A stretch of DNA of 64,000 bases, taken from NCBI GenBank assembly GCA_964016885.1, contig OZ024744.1:67022001-67086000 (forward strand), given 5' to 3'. Position 1 is the stretch's first letter. Each line of letters begins with the position of its first letter. Positions 30,470-45,930 of the stretch are shown in pieces. This DNA comes from Eledone cirrhosa. Lineage: Eukaryota. The notes under the pieces are model-generated. The model did not search any database. It was given only the letters and a program-made list of their open reading frames with translations, and was not told where the DNA came from. The position numbers and the translations under genes were made by a program.

Positions 30470-32100
30470 GAGATAGAAAATACTTATGGTTCAACCAATA
30501 TTTAACTCCTCTATAAAAAATCAAAATACCTTCTATATTCTTTAAATTAATTGATAAGTACTTCCCTAAACTTCACAAATACCATAAAATCTTTAATAGA
30601 AATACTATCAAACAATCCTACTCTACTGCAACCAACATAGAATCACACATACATAAAATTAACTATAAAAGAATCTCTAATTCAAATAGCCTGCAAACAA
30701 GCACCATAACACCAAATACAAAACACATACACATAACATCACAACCACACACACGTCAGAACACTTCACAACAATACATCAACAAACCCAAATCTCAGCT
30801 CATACATAACAACATACAAAACCGCATCGTTGAACCGGCACTTAGGAAAGCCTCAAAATGTAACTGTAACTTACCGGATAAGTGCCCACTACAAAATAGA
30901 TGCCTTGAATCAAATATAGTGTACATGTGTACTATAAATTCAGGCAACTTAGCATGGCACTACATAGGTACTTCGGCGGGGGAGTTAAAAAAAAAAGATG
31001 GTACGTGCACAGACATTCTATAAAGAACCGTTAACTAATGAACACAACAACGTTCGCCAATAAAATCTGGCAGCTTAAAGATACAAACGAAGCATACAGG
31101 ATTAGGTGATCTAAATTGTCAGGGGTAAGGCCTACAAAATTGGTATGTCCCACTGTAGACTTTGAAATATGGAATTATTCCATATGAATCAACATCATAA
31201 CCTATTATATTTTGTCTTTCATTTTCTGTCTTTCAATTTCTTTCCCTAAATATATTTCATCTCTTACATTATAAGGGCGGTGGATTGGCAGTATCGGTAG
31301 AGGGTCGGACGCCATGCTTTCCAGCAAAGAGTTACGGTCTGAGTTCAAATCCCAGCGTGGTTAACTTTGCCTTTCATCCTTACGGGGTCGATAAAATAAA
31401 GTACCAGTAATACACTGGGTAATTTTTCTGGCCTTGTGCCAAAAGTGGAAACAATTATAAGGGCGGTGGATTGGCAGTATCGGTAGAGGGTCGGACGCCA
31501 TGCTTTGAAGCATAGAGTTACCTCCTTTTATGATCTGAGTTCAAATCCCGCCGAGGTTAACTTTGCCTTTCATCCTTACAGGGTCGATAAAATAAAGTAC
31601 CAGTAATACACTGATTTAATTGCTGGCCTTATGCCAAAAGTAGAAACAATTATAACCTATCGTATTATATTCACTTCTAATATAACTTCCAATTTATTAA
31701 TTTATTAATTTAACTAATACATATATGTATATATTTAATATTTTCATGTTTATACCATCATATCTCTATATTTTAACCACCAGCACCGAAACTATTTTCA
31801 ACAATCATATTATGTTCATTTTCTTCGCACACATATAAATTTTTTGATTTATTTTTTATCATCTTCGCTATAACTTATTATTATTATTCCTTTATTATCA
31901 TTATTTTTATTTTTTTCTCTATATTTTTATTTTTCTTTATCTTTTTTTTCTTTCTTTCTCTCTTTCTTTCTTTCTTTCTCTATTTTTCTCTCTATCCTTT
32001 TCTTTATTCTTCTTTTTATTTTTCTTTCTTTATTACTGATGTTGTAATTTGAATTTGTAAACGCTATAATTTTATTCAGTTTTTCTGATAATTTGGGTAA
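30470..32100 (+). mobile_element. Decayed PLE 3' fragment (family E) with UTR
   Basis: Homologous to 24590-25350; UTR 31670-31900 is inverted-homologous to 51700-51930; pLTR end resumes at 34981 after the RTE insertion. Confidence 0.8.
31275..31650 (+). mobile_element. Head-to-tail SINE pair
   Basis: Two copies separated and flanked by attataa. Confidence 0.9.
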
Positions 32101-32113
32101 GCATTCATCGTAT

Positions 32114-34980
32114 AGAATTTGGTCCTTGGCAGCTTTCAGGTGTTCTCTGGCTGCAAACACCTTTGGGTCTGCAGAGCTGACGTACTTCCTTTTGTTCTTT
32201 CTCCTCGGCACCAGGATCTCACTTGCTTTCGCTACTGCATTGGTGAAGTGCCCGTACTTCCTCGTCACACTCTCCTCAGTCTATCCAATCTCTCTCTCCT
32301 CTGTCTCTCCACACAGAGCACTGAACCTGTACTTCACTTCCACTGTGAACCTCTCCTGTAGCTTATCATCTTCCTTGAAAGCTCCCCAGTCATAGATTGC
32401 TCTCCGGGGCTGAGCCTTGCTCTTTCTTAAGCTCACCCTAACCTCACTCATAACAAGCCAGTGGTCACTACCCAGTGTACTGAAATAGTTGTATGGTTCT
32501 GTGTTCAGAACACTATTCCGCCACTTTTTCCTCACCAGAATGAAATCAACCTGGGACTTGGACAGGTGCATATCTGAGATGTAGGTCCACATATTCCCCA
32601 GATTCTTCCTAAACCTTAGGTTGGTCGCTATCAAGTTCGCTTCCAGCAGGGTGTCTCTCAGTAGTCTTCCATTTCGGTTGGTTTTGTTATGGAAGTACCA
32701 GCAAAGATCTTCACTGCCCTCCTTACTCAGATGTGCATTGAACTCCCCTAAAACAAGCAGGATGTTGTGTGCTTGTGTGGTATTGACAGTCTACACACCT
32801 CCTCATGGAACTCTCCCGCACTCACATCACTGTCTCCCTCGGTTGGACTATAGGCTGAGATGACTGTCAGTCTTGGGTTTCCATTGAAGGTCACCCTCAA
32901 CACTCGCGGGGAAACAGGTATTATTTCCCTCCCCAATAGAATAGTTTTTGTTCTGAAAACAAAACCCACTCCTCCCACTGCAGCATTGGTCATGTTCCTC
33001 ACTGCCGATGTGGTGATGAACTGGCTCATCTTCCCAATCTTCACACTCCTCACGGGCTTATCGTGTAGGATCCTGTGTTCTTGGATCGCAAGTATCTGTA
33101 CACCACTCTCCTGTGGAGGTGATGAGGGAAGAACTCTGTACCGCTTACACTAAGGTCAGAGAGGAGGTACTGAGAGAGAAGATCAGAAGTGTGGAGAGAG
33201 CGGTTGACAGGTCTGGATGTAAGAAGAGCTTGATGATCATCAAAGAGATCACGGGGAGAAAGAGGTGTTCGAGTCAGATCCAGGGAACAGGGCCCAAGGA
33301 TAGGAAGAGGAAATGGCGAGACCATTTTAGGTTTTAGGACCCTACTAGGAGAGCCGCCCCCCACAGCCCAGAGCACTGGGGAGATCAGGCGGCTGTTTGA
33401 AGAACTGGATATTGAGACAGAGCCCTTCACCAGAGAGGAGCTTCACAGAGCCAAGAAGAAAATCAATGATGCAATGCTCATGGAGAAGATGGAGAGGTGT
33501 GATTTTGATGATATTATCCTGGGGTTCTGTAACCAGGCACTGGAGAAAGGAGTTGCCCCGAATCAGTGGAGGATCAGTAACATCGTCCCAGTGCCAAAGA
33601 AGGGAGATCTCTCTAACACCAACAACTACAGGGGGATCTCACTGACGTCACTTGTGGCAAAGACCCTCAACAGGATGATTCTTAACAGGATCCAGCCTGA
33701 GATGGAGAAGAAGCTCAGGGACAACCAGAACGACTTCAGCGAGGGAAGATCAACCACCAGTCACATCCTGATGCTGAGGAGGATATTAGAGGGAGCTAGA
33801 GCAAAGTGCCTTCCTGCGGTCATGGTTTTCATTGATTTTAGGAAGGCCTTTGATTCTGTGGCCCGTCACTGCCTGATGAATATCTTACAAGCTTATAGAA
33901 TCCCCAAGAAGATAGTAGACCTGATATCACTGCTCTACACCAACACCAAAGCCCAAGTCATTACACCTGATGAGATGACAGAGTTCTTTGAGATACTGGC
34001 TGGAGTGCTCCAGGGTGATACATTGGCTCCCTACCTTTTTATCATCGTAGTGGACTATTGTATGCGCCTTGCACTGGAGAAACACCAGGACTCTGGCTTT
34101 ACTGTAGCACCGGCTCAAAGCAGGAGAGTTAAGGCGAAAAGATATCGGGTGCTGAATTTGCCGACGACATAGTTTTGGTGACAAATACAGTGGAGGCAGA
34201 GGATTTGATGCAGAAGGTTGAGACTGTGTAGATGAATGTGGGACTGAGAATGAATGAGATTAAACAAAATATCTGGTAGAGAATGTTGAGAAGTCAACAA
34301 ATTCATGTCTTGCTTTATTTTTCAACAAACCTGTTTGAATTACTAATGTTTAATTTAACTGAAATACATATGCATTTTACTGACATTTACTTCGTTTTTT
34401 TAGTAGGCGGGAAGCCGCTAGAATTGGTTGAGGACTTCCTGTATTTGGGAGCAAAGATTGGGAATACGGAAGATGATGTGGTTGAGGGGAAGAGCAAAGC
34501 CTGGGCGGCGTACCACAGCTTGAAATCGGTGTGGAAGTCGGACCTTCGTAAATACCTGAAAATCCGCCTCTTCGTTGCTACAGTTGAGTCTGTGTTGCTG
34601 TACGGGTCTGAGACTTGGACACTGACTAAGAAACTCACTCAGATGGTGGATGGGTGCTACACGAGAATGTTGAGGACGGCTCTGAACATTAATCAGTATA
34701 CACTAAGTATGAAGAACTCAGAGCTGTAGGGAGCCTCCCAAAAGTCAGCTCGAAGTCATGCTCACTGACATCCAGAGGTGACATTGCACTCAGTGTCCCT
34801 GTGGGAGCCCCTACATTGACACACTGGAAGGGAAGACGGAGGTTAACATATCTTGATGCCCTAAGGAGAGACACTGGTCAGTTGGAGACGCAGGACATGG
34901 CAGCGATAATGAGGGACAGAGACCGCTGGAGAGAACTCGTCCATGGATCTCGGGAATTTTACCCGCCCTAGATAGAGATA
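32114..34980 (+). mobile_element. RTE-clade LINE with inverted 5' segment (APE endonuclease on -, RT on +)
   Basis: EN motifs GGVGF, SAYSPT, VDFILV..GSDH on - (32114-33110); RT NYRGISL, FIDFRKAFDSV, GVLQGDTLAPYLF on +; TSD catcgtat at 32106-32113 and 34981-34988. Confidence 0.85.
33474..34172 (+). pseudogene. Reverse transcriptase domain of the RTE element, frameshifted before the FADD motif
   Basis: ORF track 232 aa; tttgccgacgac lies out of frame near 34157. Confidence 0.85.
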
Positions 34981-34984
34981 CATC

Positions 34985-35111
34985 GTATTTAAAATTGAGT
35001 GACACAACTTCAAGTGATTAGCAATTTTAAGACAACTTAATCAATGAAACAATTGTTAATACTGTAAATAAAGCAGTTTTTGTACTGTTGACCATGTTAT
35101 TCTTCACTCTT

Positions 35112-35117
<6 letters not shown>
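34985..35117 (+). mobile_element. End of family E pLTR with degenerate hammerhead
   Basis: Matches 26039-26172 and the reverse complement of 51400-51516; ends in (TA)n. Confidence 0.7.
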
Positions 35118-35162
<45 letters not shown>

Positions 35163-35215
35163 GGACGAGCCCAAATTTATTTAACTTGTGATGTTTAAAG
35201 TGCAAATATAACTCC

Positions 35216-35344
<129 letters not shown>

Positions 35345-35381
35345 TGTGTGCATGTATGTGTGTATATATATACACACACAT

Positions 35382-35414
<33 letters not shown>

Positions 35415-35559
35415 CATACATTTTATATAAGTCTATGTATGTATTTGTGTATATGTACACAGGCGCACACATGAATGAATACACACACACACATATATAT
35501 ATACGTTTCACTTGACAAATTGATCTTGAGTATAAATAAATAGAAAAGTTGAACCAACA

Positions 35560-35768
35560 TCTATACATCTATCTATACATCTATACATATATATAAAACT
35601 GAAATTGTCTGTGTGTGTCCGTGTGTTCTAAATTTTGCAAAGTCTATACAAATCCACATTTCTACTCCAATTGACTTCAAACTTCCATTTATATATTCCT
35701 TGCGGTCTAAAGATATAAACTGCAGCTTTTATGTTTCAATTTTCTGTTGTTAAAGGGGTGTTAGGCGC

Positions 35769-35822
<54 letters not shown>

Positions 35823-36138
35823 CCTCTCTCTCTCTTTCTTAGTCTGTCTTGTTAATAGATACATAGCTATAACGTCGCGCCCTTATAATATCTGTCTGCA
35901 ATATGACATTATGATAAATAATGTTCTCATTGCTGACGCATTATCTTCGCTATTTTCCGTTCATTGCCAGGGAACGTCTTCATGAACCAAAGTATCCTCT
36001 TCCTGATTTCCTTCGGTTGCAACGTTTTTCGAAATATTTACTTCTGCGTTCAGTGATTGATTTTTTTTTGTTTCAGAAGATCCCGTTAAGGGTGAAAGCA
36101 GCGAGTCTTTGCTTAAGCTTTAATCTGTTATTTTAATA

Positions 36139-36192
<54 letters not shown>

Positions 36193-36823
36193 TATATTCG
36201 TGTTCAGATATTTTTGCATACACAAAAACAAAGTATAAACAAACGGTATTTATTTCACGAAAGCACAGACGGCTTATCGTCATTGTTACTGCCGATATGC
36301 CACCCCAAAAGTCCCACTACTTTTGGCACAAGGCCAGCAATTACATAGTCAACGGTTCGGAAATCACATGCATCACTGACGAATTTACTCCTTACTCTAC
36401 CAGTTAGTCTTGGTGTATTTCGTCCTGCTTTTAGGTCATGCCTCGAAAGAAGAGATACTCCATTGGCCGAAATACTGCGAAAGCTGCAAGAAAAGGAACA
36501 AGGCGGGCAAACGAATCGTCAGTGGAATCTGCTATTCGATGGTCACAACATGCTGAACGTTCTGCCACCAGAAGAGCACTTGAAACAGACAACCAACGAA
36601 CCATTCACGGAACCGTATCAGCTTTGCAATGTCTATCAACAAATCCAAGGGTCAGACCCTAGCTGTTGCTGGTATTCTTTTGGAAGAGTCATGTTTTTCA
36701 CACGGGCAACTATACGATGGCTGCTCAACAGTGGGAAGCAAGACAAATCTCTTTGTATATGCCCGACACGGAAGAACAAGGAACATTGTGTACAAGGAGG
36801 TGCTACAATCATTGTTAAGGTAG
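35560..36823 (+). mobile_element. Helitron deletion derivative with captured pLTR-A cassette
   Basis: A|TCTATAC start; HHR A at 36069-36119; RepHel-like N-terminus MPRKKR..IGR fused to Pif1-helicase C-terminus [21 protein letters not shown]; no 3' CTAG hairpin found. Confidence 0.7.
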
Positions 36824-37438
36824 ACGAGGCAGAAGGGGATATACACGATTGGCTGAAGATGGACGAGACTGTGTTAGTAGTACGACCAACAGCTGCTATC
36901 ACACCAACAGCAGCAAAAACAACAAAAAAGAGAGGGTACGCAATAACATGCTATTGAAAAATCTTAATGGAAAATTATTTGCCTAAGCACAAAATATAGA
37001 CACCATCCCCAGGCCGAGGTATTCCGTACTTCTCTGTACTGTTTCAGAAAGGTGGGATAAACATGGCAATCTATGATGCTAAAAAGTGTTGACATTTAAA
37101 TGTTATAAAATTCCTTAACCCTTCATAAGCTGTTGCTGGCAACAACAAACAAACAAACAAACAAAAGAAAAGAATGATAGAATGAAAGAAGGAAAGTAGG
37201 AAAGAAAGACAGACAGATAGAGAAAAAAAGAAGTAAGGAAGAAAGAAAGAAAAAATGAAGGAAAGAATATAAACAAAATGATACACAGAACAATCTTATT
37301 ATCATCGCCGTCGTTGTCGTCATCGTCATCATCATCATCATCATCACAATCATCATCATGAGCATCATCACCATCATCATCACCATTATGTTGTTGCTGT
37401 TTCTCTCTCTCCCTCCCTCTCTATTTCTCCCTCCCCCC

Positions 37439-37504
<66 letters not shown>

Positions 37505-38106
37505 GTATGAATGTGTGTATATATACACATATATATATACACATATATACATATATATATATATATACATATATAGAAGAAATTAAAAGATGGTTAAAGA
37601 AGTTCCATATATTTTATTATGGGCATTTCGAAAACAACATCATCCTGGTACAAAAATTGTGTTCTCATCAGATAAAATAAGGTAACATGATATGAGGCCT
37701 AAAAACACTTGTGAACAGGAAAGTGTTCGGTCAATATATGTCAAAAATATAAAAGAAGATAAAACATAGGAAAAATGAAGAAAAGGAAAGAAGGAAAAAG
37801 GAAAAAGAAATAGAAGAGAGGAAAAAAGAAAGAAAGAAGGAGGAGAGAGAAAGAGAAAGATAGAGAGAGAGATACTTTTGATCGGGAACGAAAATTGCAA
37901 ACTTGACTGTCACCAAACAATATGAACCTGAAGATTGCGAAAGCATGAAAGTACTTGTTCAATTAACACTTAACATTTAATATTCTACCATACTATTTCA
38001 TTCTAATACCATTATAAATTTTAAAGGATTGTAAATAAAACGAGTAAATCAGACAAAGTTGGAATTCCTTTTATTAATATAATCATACACACCTGTGTAT
38101 ATTTAT

Positions 38107-38646
<540 letters not shown>

Positions 38647-38739
38647 GTATATATATGTGTATATATATATATATGCATGCATATATATATATATATATAC
38701 GATATTAATAAATGGAAACTATATTTATAAAACCATATT

Positions 38740-38804
38740 TATTTCATTATACATATTTCAGGGATACAACATTAAATTATGGTATGCCTTCATCAGACAA
38801 AATA
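38740..38804 (-). ncRNA. Minimal hammerhead, family B
   Basis: Inverted copy of 42365-42429. Confidence 0.75.
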
Positions 38805-39124
38805 CAATATATAACAGTTTTACAAATAGGTTTGACGTACCCTTTAAAATACAACCATTACTTTTGGAGGCTGTCTGGATAGTGATTTGTTCATATAATA
38901 AGTCATAGTGTTAAGCACAATTAGAAAAAGACGGAGAGAAAGAAAGAGAAAAGAACAAAGACAGAGAGAGAGAAAGAAAAGAGAAAGAAAACCTGGAGAA
39001 ATATCGGAGAGAGAGAGAGAAAAGTATGGAGAAAAGAAAGAGATAGATAAAGATAGGAGGAAATAAAAAAAGAAAGAAAAGGAAGGAATAAGAAAAACAA
39101 AGGAATAAGAAACCCAAGATCAAT

Positions 39125-40787
39125 ATGAAGGATCACAAAAGAAACTTTGAAAATGACTTACCAGTCAGATTAAGTGCACCATCCAAATCTGACATGGGAA
39201 AACTTAGCAAAAATATTCTAGACAGGGTAATACAACAAATTATAAACTTACCTAATTTATCTTACTTAAATTTATGGAAAGGGACTAGTGAGGTTATTGA
39301 TTGGTTTAAAGAAATTAAATATAACTCTAATAATAAGTTTATTCAGCTGGATATCGCTAACTACTATTCATCTATCACTCCTAATCTACTGAATAAGGCA
39401 CTAAATTACGCATTTAAACATACTGACCTAACTAGCAATGAAATGCACATTATAATATCGGCAAGGAAAACATTGATAGAATTTAATAACCAACTCTGGA
39501 CTTGGGCAGATAGAAATAATAATTTCGACATAACTATGGGATCATCAGACTCAGCTCAGGTAACGGACCTTGTGGGCCTATTTATAATTAATTCGCTAAA
39601 TAGAAAAATACCAGGTGTAACCGGAGGTTTATATCGTGATGACATGCTTTTACTTATAGAAGATAATAGCTGTGAACTAAATAGAAAAAGAAAACAAATT
39701 ATACAATTTTTTTAGTTACCTTAATCTAAAAATAGAAATAGAGAATAACCATAGAATAGTCAATTTTCTTGATGTAACACTAAACCTCAACACATGTCTT
39801 CATTATCCATTTCACAAACTAAATGAGAACTTGAATTATGTCAACTTTAACTCTAATCACCCCAGATCTGTTAAAAATACTATAGTGAACTCTGTTCAAG
39901 AACGAATTTCAAGAATTTCATCTAATAAAAATATATTTGATGAAAAGGCACAGTATTACAACGAAGCATTAGCTAGAGCTGGATATAGAAATAAAATTAA
40001 ATACATCGATAATAATAATAATAATAATAAGCAAACTAACCAAAATAATAACAATTTCAATTACGGTAACAACTTTAACAACTATAATAGAAAACATTAC
40101 AATAATTCCAAAAGCCGAAAAAGAAATAGAACTAGAAATATATTATGGTTTGCTCCCCCTTTCTCACTAAATATTAAAACCCCTATTGCTAAACTATTCT
40201 TTAAAGCTCTTGACACACGCTTCCCTAGAACACATAAATATCACTCAATTTTTAATAGACACACTATAAAATTAACTTACTCGTCCACCAAAAATTTAGC
40301 ACAAAATATTAATAGAATTAATAATAGGAATTTAAAACCTAACCAAAATACCAATAATAACCCAAACAATATTCAATTAAATAACTGCAACTGTAGAAAT
40401 AAATCTAATTGTCCGTTAAGTAACAACTCCTTAGCTAAAAATGTAGTGTACAATTGTAATGTTAAAACTAATTTAAATTCATTTAACTATGTTGGTTCCA
40501 CCTCTATAGAATTTAAATTTCGCTTCAATAATCATAAGAATTCTTTCACAGATCCAAACAAAAAATCTTCAACTTCGCTATCTAGCCTACTATGGGACCT
40601 GAAACGAGATAATAATAAATATTCGATGAATTGGAATATTATTTCTAAAGCTACTCCTTTTAATTCCTCTTCAAAAAATTGTGATCTTTGTATTGAAGAA
40701 ATATTCTTTATATTAAAGTCCAAAAATTCCCTTAATCTGAGGAACAATTTATTCAGTTGCTGCAGACAGATTGAACTCAACGTTTAA
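39125..40787 (+). pseudogene. PLE reverse transcriptase plus GIY-YIG endonuclease, 5'-truncated, frameshift near 39715
   Basis: KDHK, FIQLDI..YYSSI, FDITMGS.D.A, GLYRDD, FLDVTL, SNHP, WFAPPFS, CNCR..CPL, VVY..YVG..FK.R, CDLC.EE. Confidence 0.9.
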
Positions 40788-42364
40788 ATATAAATATAAA
40801 TTTAAAATGTAGTATAATTAATTAAGTAATTTTAGTTAATATATAGAACCTGTCGATAATCCATTAGATTCCTTCACCTTTTTCTTTTTAAACTTTCTTC
40901 CTAAATATAAACATGGATATAATAAACTACTCTAAAATGTCTATACTTCCAATGTATTAAATAAAATATACGTAAGGTAAATTTCTATATTAAATATATG
41001 GTTATCTGTAGAATCATTGGGTTTTTTAAATTTTTTAAATCTTTTAAATTATTTTTACTTGTTTTGATTATGATAGCTTCTCATAACTTTCACAAGTCTA
41101 CCTTCTCAATATCTTGATTGAGATATACGTAGGATAAATTTCTATACTAAATATATAAAACATATTATTTTAACTTAAGATACTCTATAGTGTTTTAATG
41201 ATATTTAATGCTTTGATATTTCTAGATTTCATTTGACTATATAATTGCATTTTAAATTTGTATTGTTATGGTTATACTTACAAATTATAACCTTTGGTAA
41301 TTTATTGATATTGGATTATCTCTATACAAATGCATATGTGTGTATTAACATGCATAGAAAGTGTTATAGATTTTTTGTGTTTGTATATGTGTCTGTATAT
41401 ATACATGAGTGATGCATGAGGACGCACGCAAATATTTATTATACATATGTATGTGTATATATGTGTGTGTATATATCTATGTGGTTGAGAGGTATGTTGC
41501 AGATATGCATAATATTAAACACATGAATGGTAATCGTATATATGAGGACATGAATGTTAATCGTATATATTTGTATATATATACTGTGAAATTTTTATAA
41601 CAGAATGAGTGTATAGCAGTGATTAAGAGAAATCATTTACGTTATGTATGGCTATATTGTTGGCTTGAGTAAACATAATTTCTATTTTCAGGACGTGCGT
41701 ATCTATATGTATGTATATATACATATATATTTGTATGTCTTTGCATAAAATACTAATCTCTATACCAAGGGTACATTTTGAACTCAGATTTTGGTATATT
41801 GATCTCAAGTTTCTAAACTAAACATGTGGTCATTATTGAACAATGTTTAATTTCTCATATTATATATCTATGTCCCATTCATGAATATTGATACTTATAT
41901 TTATATTTTTATTATTCATTTCATATAAATTGTTAACTCAACTTAATATGACATGACGTAAAGTTGTTACTGTCCCCCTCTCTCTATATACTATTTCTCT
42001 CTCTTGAGTTTCTCTTTCTGTATGATGACTTGATATCTCTCTGTTGCTTTCCTTTGTTTTTCTTATTCCTTTGTTTTTCTCATTCCTTACTTTTCTTTCT
42101 GTTTTTATTTCCTCCTATCTTTATCTATCTCTTTCTTTTCTCCATACTTTTCTCTCTCTCTTCGATATTTCTCCAGGTTTTCTTTCTCTTTTCTTTCTCT
42201 CTCTCTGTCTTTGTTCTTTTCTCTTTCTTTCTCTCCGTCTTTTTCTAATTGTGCTTAACACTATGACTTATTATATGAACAAATCACTATCCAGACAGCC
42301 TCCAAAAGTAATGGTTGTATTTTAAAGGGTACGTCAAACCTATTTGTAAAACTGTTATATATTG

Positions 42365-42429
42365 TATTTTGTCTGATGAAGGCATACCATAATTTAATGT
42401 GGTATCCCTGAAATATGTATAATGAAATA
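42365..42429 (+). ncRNA. Minimal hammerhead, family B
   Basis: UAUUUUGU CUGAUGA AGGcAUACCA..UGGUAUcCCU GAAA UAUGUA UA^ AUGAAAUA; 8-bp stem I with two GU pairs. Confidence 0.8.
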
Positions 42430-42556
42430 AAATGGTTTTATAAATATAGTTTCCATTTATTAATATCGTATATCTACTCCAAAAATTTGTCGAGTGCTTT
42501 ATATCAGTTATAAAAATATTTACTTGTTGTATCCCAACAATTTTAAATAGAACTTT

Positions 42557-42906
<350 letters not shown>

Positions 42907-43010
42907 CAGAGAGAGAAAGAGAGAGAGACACAACAACATAATGGTGAGCGTGATGATGATGGTAATGAAGATGGTGATAATGCTTTTGATGATGCTATAT
43001 ATATATACAT

Positions 43011-43146
<136 letters not shown>

Positions 43147-44319
43147 ATAATAATAAATTTGAAGACTAAAATCCAAAGAGGGCCCGAAAAGGATAAATAT
43201 ATATCAAATATATAAGAACCGTAGAGCAAATATTTATTAAAATAACAGATTAAAATTTAAGCAAAGAATCGCTGCTTTCACCCTTAACGGGATCTTCTGA
43301 AACTAACACAGTCAATCTGTAAACGCATAAGTAAATATTTAAAAAAACGTTGCAACCGGCTGAAGACAGGAAGACGATACTTTGGTTCGTGGAAACGTTC
43401 CCTGGCAAAGAACGGGAAAAAATGAAAATAATACGTCATTATCTGGAGCGGTGAAAAACAATTACACGCAAAGACAAAACCACGTTTATGGTATAAAAAA
43501 AGGAGTAGACTAATATTCTCTTAGGTGGTTCATGGAGACGTTCTCTGGCAATGAACGGAAAAACGAAGATAATACGTCATATGTGGAGCCGGGAGAACAA
43601 TTGCACACAAAGACAAAACCACGTTTATAGTATAACTGAAGTCGTAGACTAAAATTCTAACTAGGACCGAATGATTCTCGGCTTCAGAGTTAAGAATAAA
43701 ATACATACACGCATCCATATACGTACATACACAAGCATACGCGAAAACACTCGCCATAGGTATACAAATACAAGCACGTACCCGAAAAAAACAACCGCAC
43801 CCACATACAGAACGCATGCAACGCCTGTACCCGCACACATACGAATGTATACACCAAATACACATAAAAATATATATAAAAAATATATATATATATATAT
43901 TTATGTGTGTGTGTGTGTGTGCGTGTATACATATAATTAAATAAACGTATATAAATAAATACGTATATAACGCGCGCGCACACATACCTACATGTAAATA
44001 CACATATGTTCGGAGACGTACGTCAACCAAAACACAAAGTACACATATACACACACCCTACATACGTACGAACCCGCATACTCACACAGACGCAAAACTC
44101 GTGTATACACATAACCAAATGCATATGTACCAGAATATATAATATATACGCCATAACATATACAATCAAATATACGTATGAGAAAGTATACGTAACTTCA
44201 CAAAACATTCAGGTAATATATACTTACCTATACAAATAAGTAATGGTATAAACATAACATATACTTAGCTACGACATCAAGACGTAAAATATCCGCGTAT
44301 AGTTCGTACTATCCGTTAG

Positions 44320-45930
44320 TGTATAATGTGGGGCTGTAATACAGGAAAGTTTTGTGCAATTTATGTTTACAAGCCGAAATTGCCTCAGATTTTTTGTTTA
44401 AGATGGGGTCTTTGGCGTAGAGTATTTCCAGGGCCTCAGCGGCGCAGAAGTCACATGGTCTTTTATTTCCGTTATACGATCTAGCCTTAGCTAGGATTTC
44501 CTAGTGTAACTTATAATGGGTGTGGTTGTCTTTTAGACTCCAGATATAAGCTGAAAGTGACGTCATATTCCTTCTTAAAGGGTTACGAAAATAATGGGTA
44601 TGCATGTAAAGACGCTGCTTGAATCTATTGGCGGTTAACCCTATGTAAGCCCTACGGGACGTGGGTGTTTCAATCTTACATGACAATGTTACTAGAGAGG
44701 CATTTCCCGGATAGGGGGCAGTCAACCCGATTCCTACAATTACAGTTAGTATTAACTACAGGGTTGCACGTGTTTCTACGGCTAGGTAGTTTAGCTAAAT
44801 TTGAAGCTGTGATGTTATGTGCAAGGTTAGGAGTCGTAGAGTAGGAAATTTTAATGGTATTTCTATTAAAAATTTTACTATATTTATGTGTAGGGGGAAA
44901 ATGCTTCATAATAAGGGAGAGAAAGATCTTAGCTAATGGTGTGGCCACCTCCATATTATATGGTGGGTTATACTAAATAATGCGTCGGGATCTATTTTTT
45001 CTAGGTCTATTCTTGTACTCTGTATATGCTACCTTATCGACAAATCCACTCCGAGCAAGAGCTTCATTGTAATAAGTGGAATGGTCGGTGAAAATATGCT
45101 CGTAAGTAGATAGACGGGAAAGCCTCAAAGAAACGTTTCTTACCAGGTTCTTGGTTATGCTGGCAAGATGGTTAGAATGCTTACTTATGTAATTAAGCGT
45201 ATCATTCGGCTTTCTATACGGGTAGTGCAAACCATTCGATAAATCGAGGGTAACGTCGAGGTAATTAACGACCGAGAGGTTAGCTTCAACCTGTATGGAG
45301 AGGTTGAAGCTTTTAAAGAAAGCTGTGAGTTCTTTTCTGAACCTGTCGCAAGCACGTGGGCCGCACTTTGTCATGGTCAAAAGACAATCATCATGGTACA
45401 AACCACCGCCCACGCTGGGGAATTCTTCCTTGATAGAGTAAAGAAGGAAAAGGCCGATAAGATCAGTAACCTCCGCAGAATCGCTGGCGCCCATACTCAC
45501 GTCGAATGGGGTACTGTTAGATTTTTTAATCCAAATAGAGTCGTCGAAATTAATCACAGACTTACGGGCATTGAGGATAACATCAACTTCGAAATCCTTA
45601 ACCACTGTGAGTGTTTTAGCGAAATTGATAGCTCTAAGGAGAAGTGGTAAAGTGATGGAGGAGTAGTAATTATTGATGTCGAATTGGATAAAACGGCAAT
45701 GTTCCTTGTTACATATGCCGTTGAACCAATCAATCACCGCGAAAGAATTGTTCCACAGTGCAAGAGGGGCCAAACTTCTAATTTCAGGTATAATTCTATC
45801 AAGAATCCTTTTACTAAGTCTACCTAAACCAGACTTCGTAGGGTTAATAAGCCGAATAGAGGGGTTGTTCGGAAAATTGGATTTGTGATCCTTCAGGGTA
45901 AAGTGGGGGAGAAACAGGGTCCAGAGGTTA
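44320..45930 (-). pseudogene. PLE RT plus GIY-YIG ORF, truncated and frameshifted
   Basis: TLKDHK..RLINP, FIQFDI, FDVSMGA.D.AE, GLYHDD, YLDVTL, KHFP..HKY..IFNRNT, CNCR..CPL, YIG.T..FKQR, CDFC..E, CKH. Confidence 0.9.

Noticed and set aside
31163-31165. TGA at a conserved Cys, suggesting a selenoprotein PLE
   Set aside because: This copy has other stops and frameshifts, and the sister copy near 25230 has TGT; simple decay.
36629-36823. Host PIF1 helicase exon (also 57625-57811)
   Set aside because: Both lie in Helitron context and are deletion remnants of RepHel.
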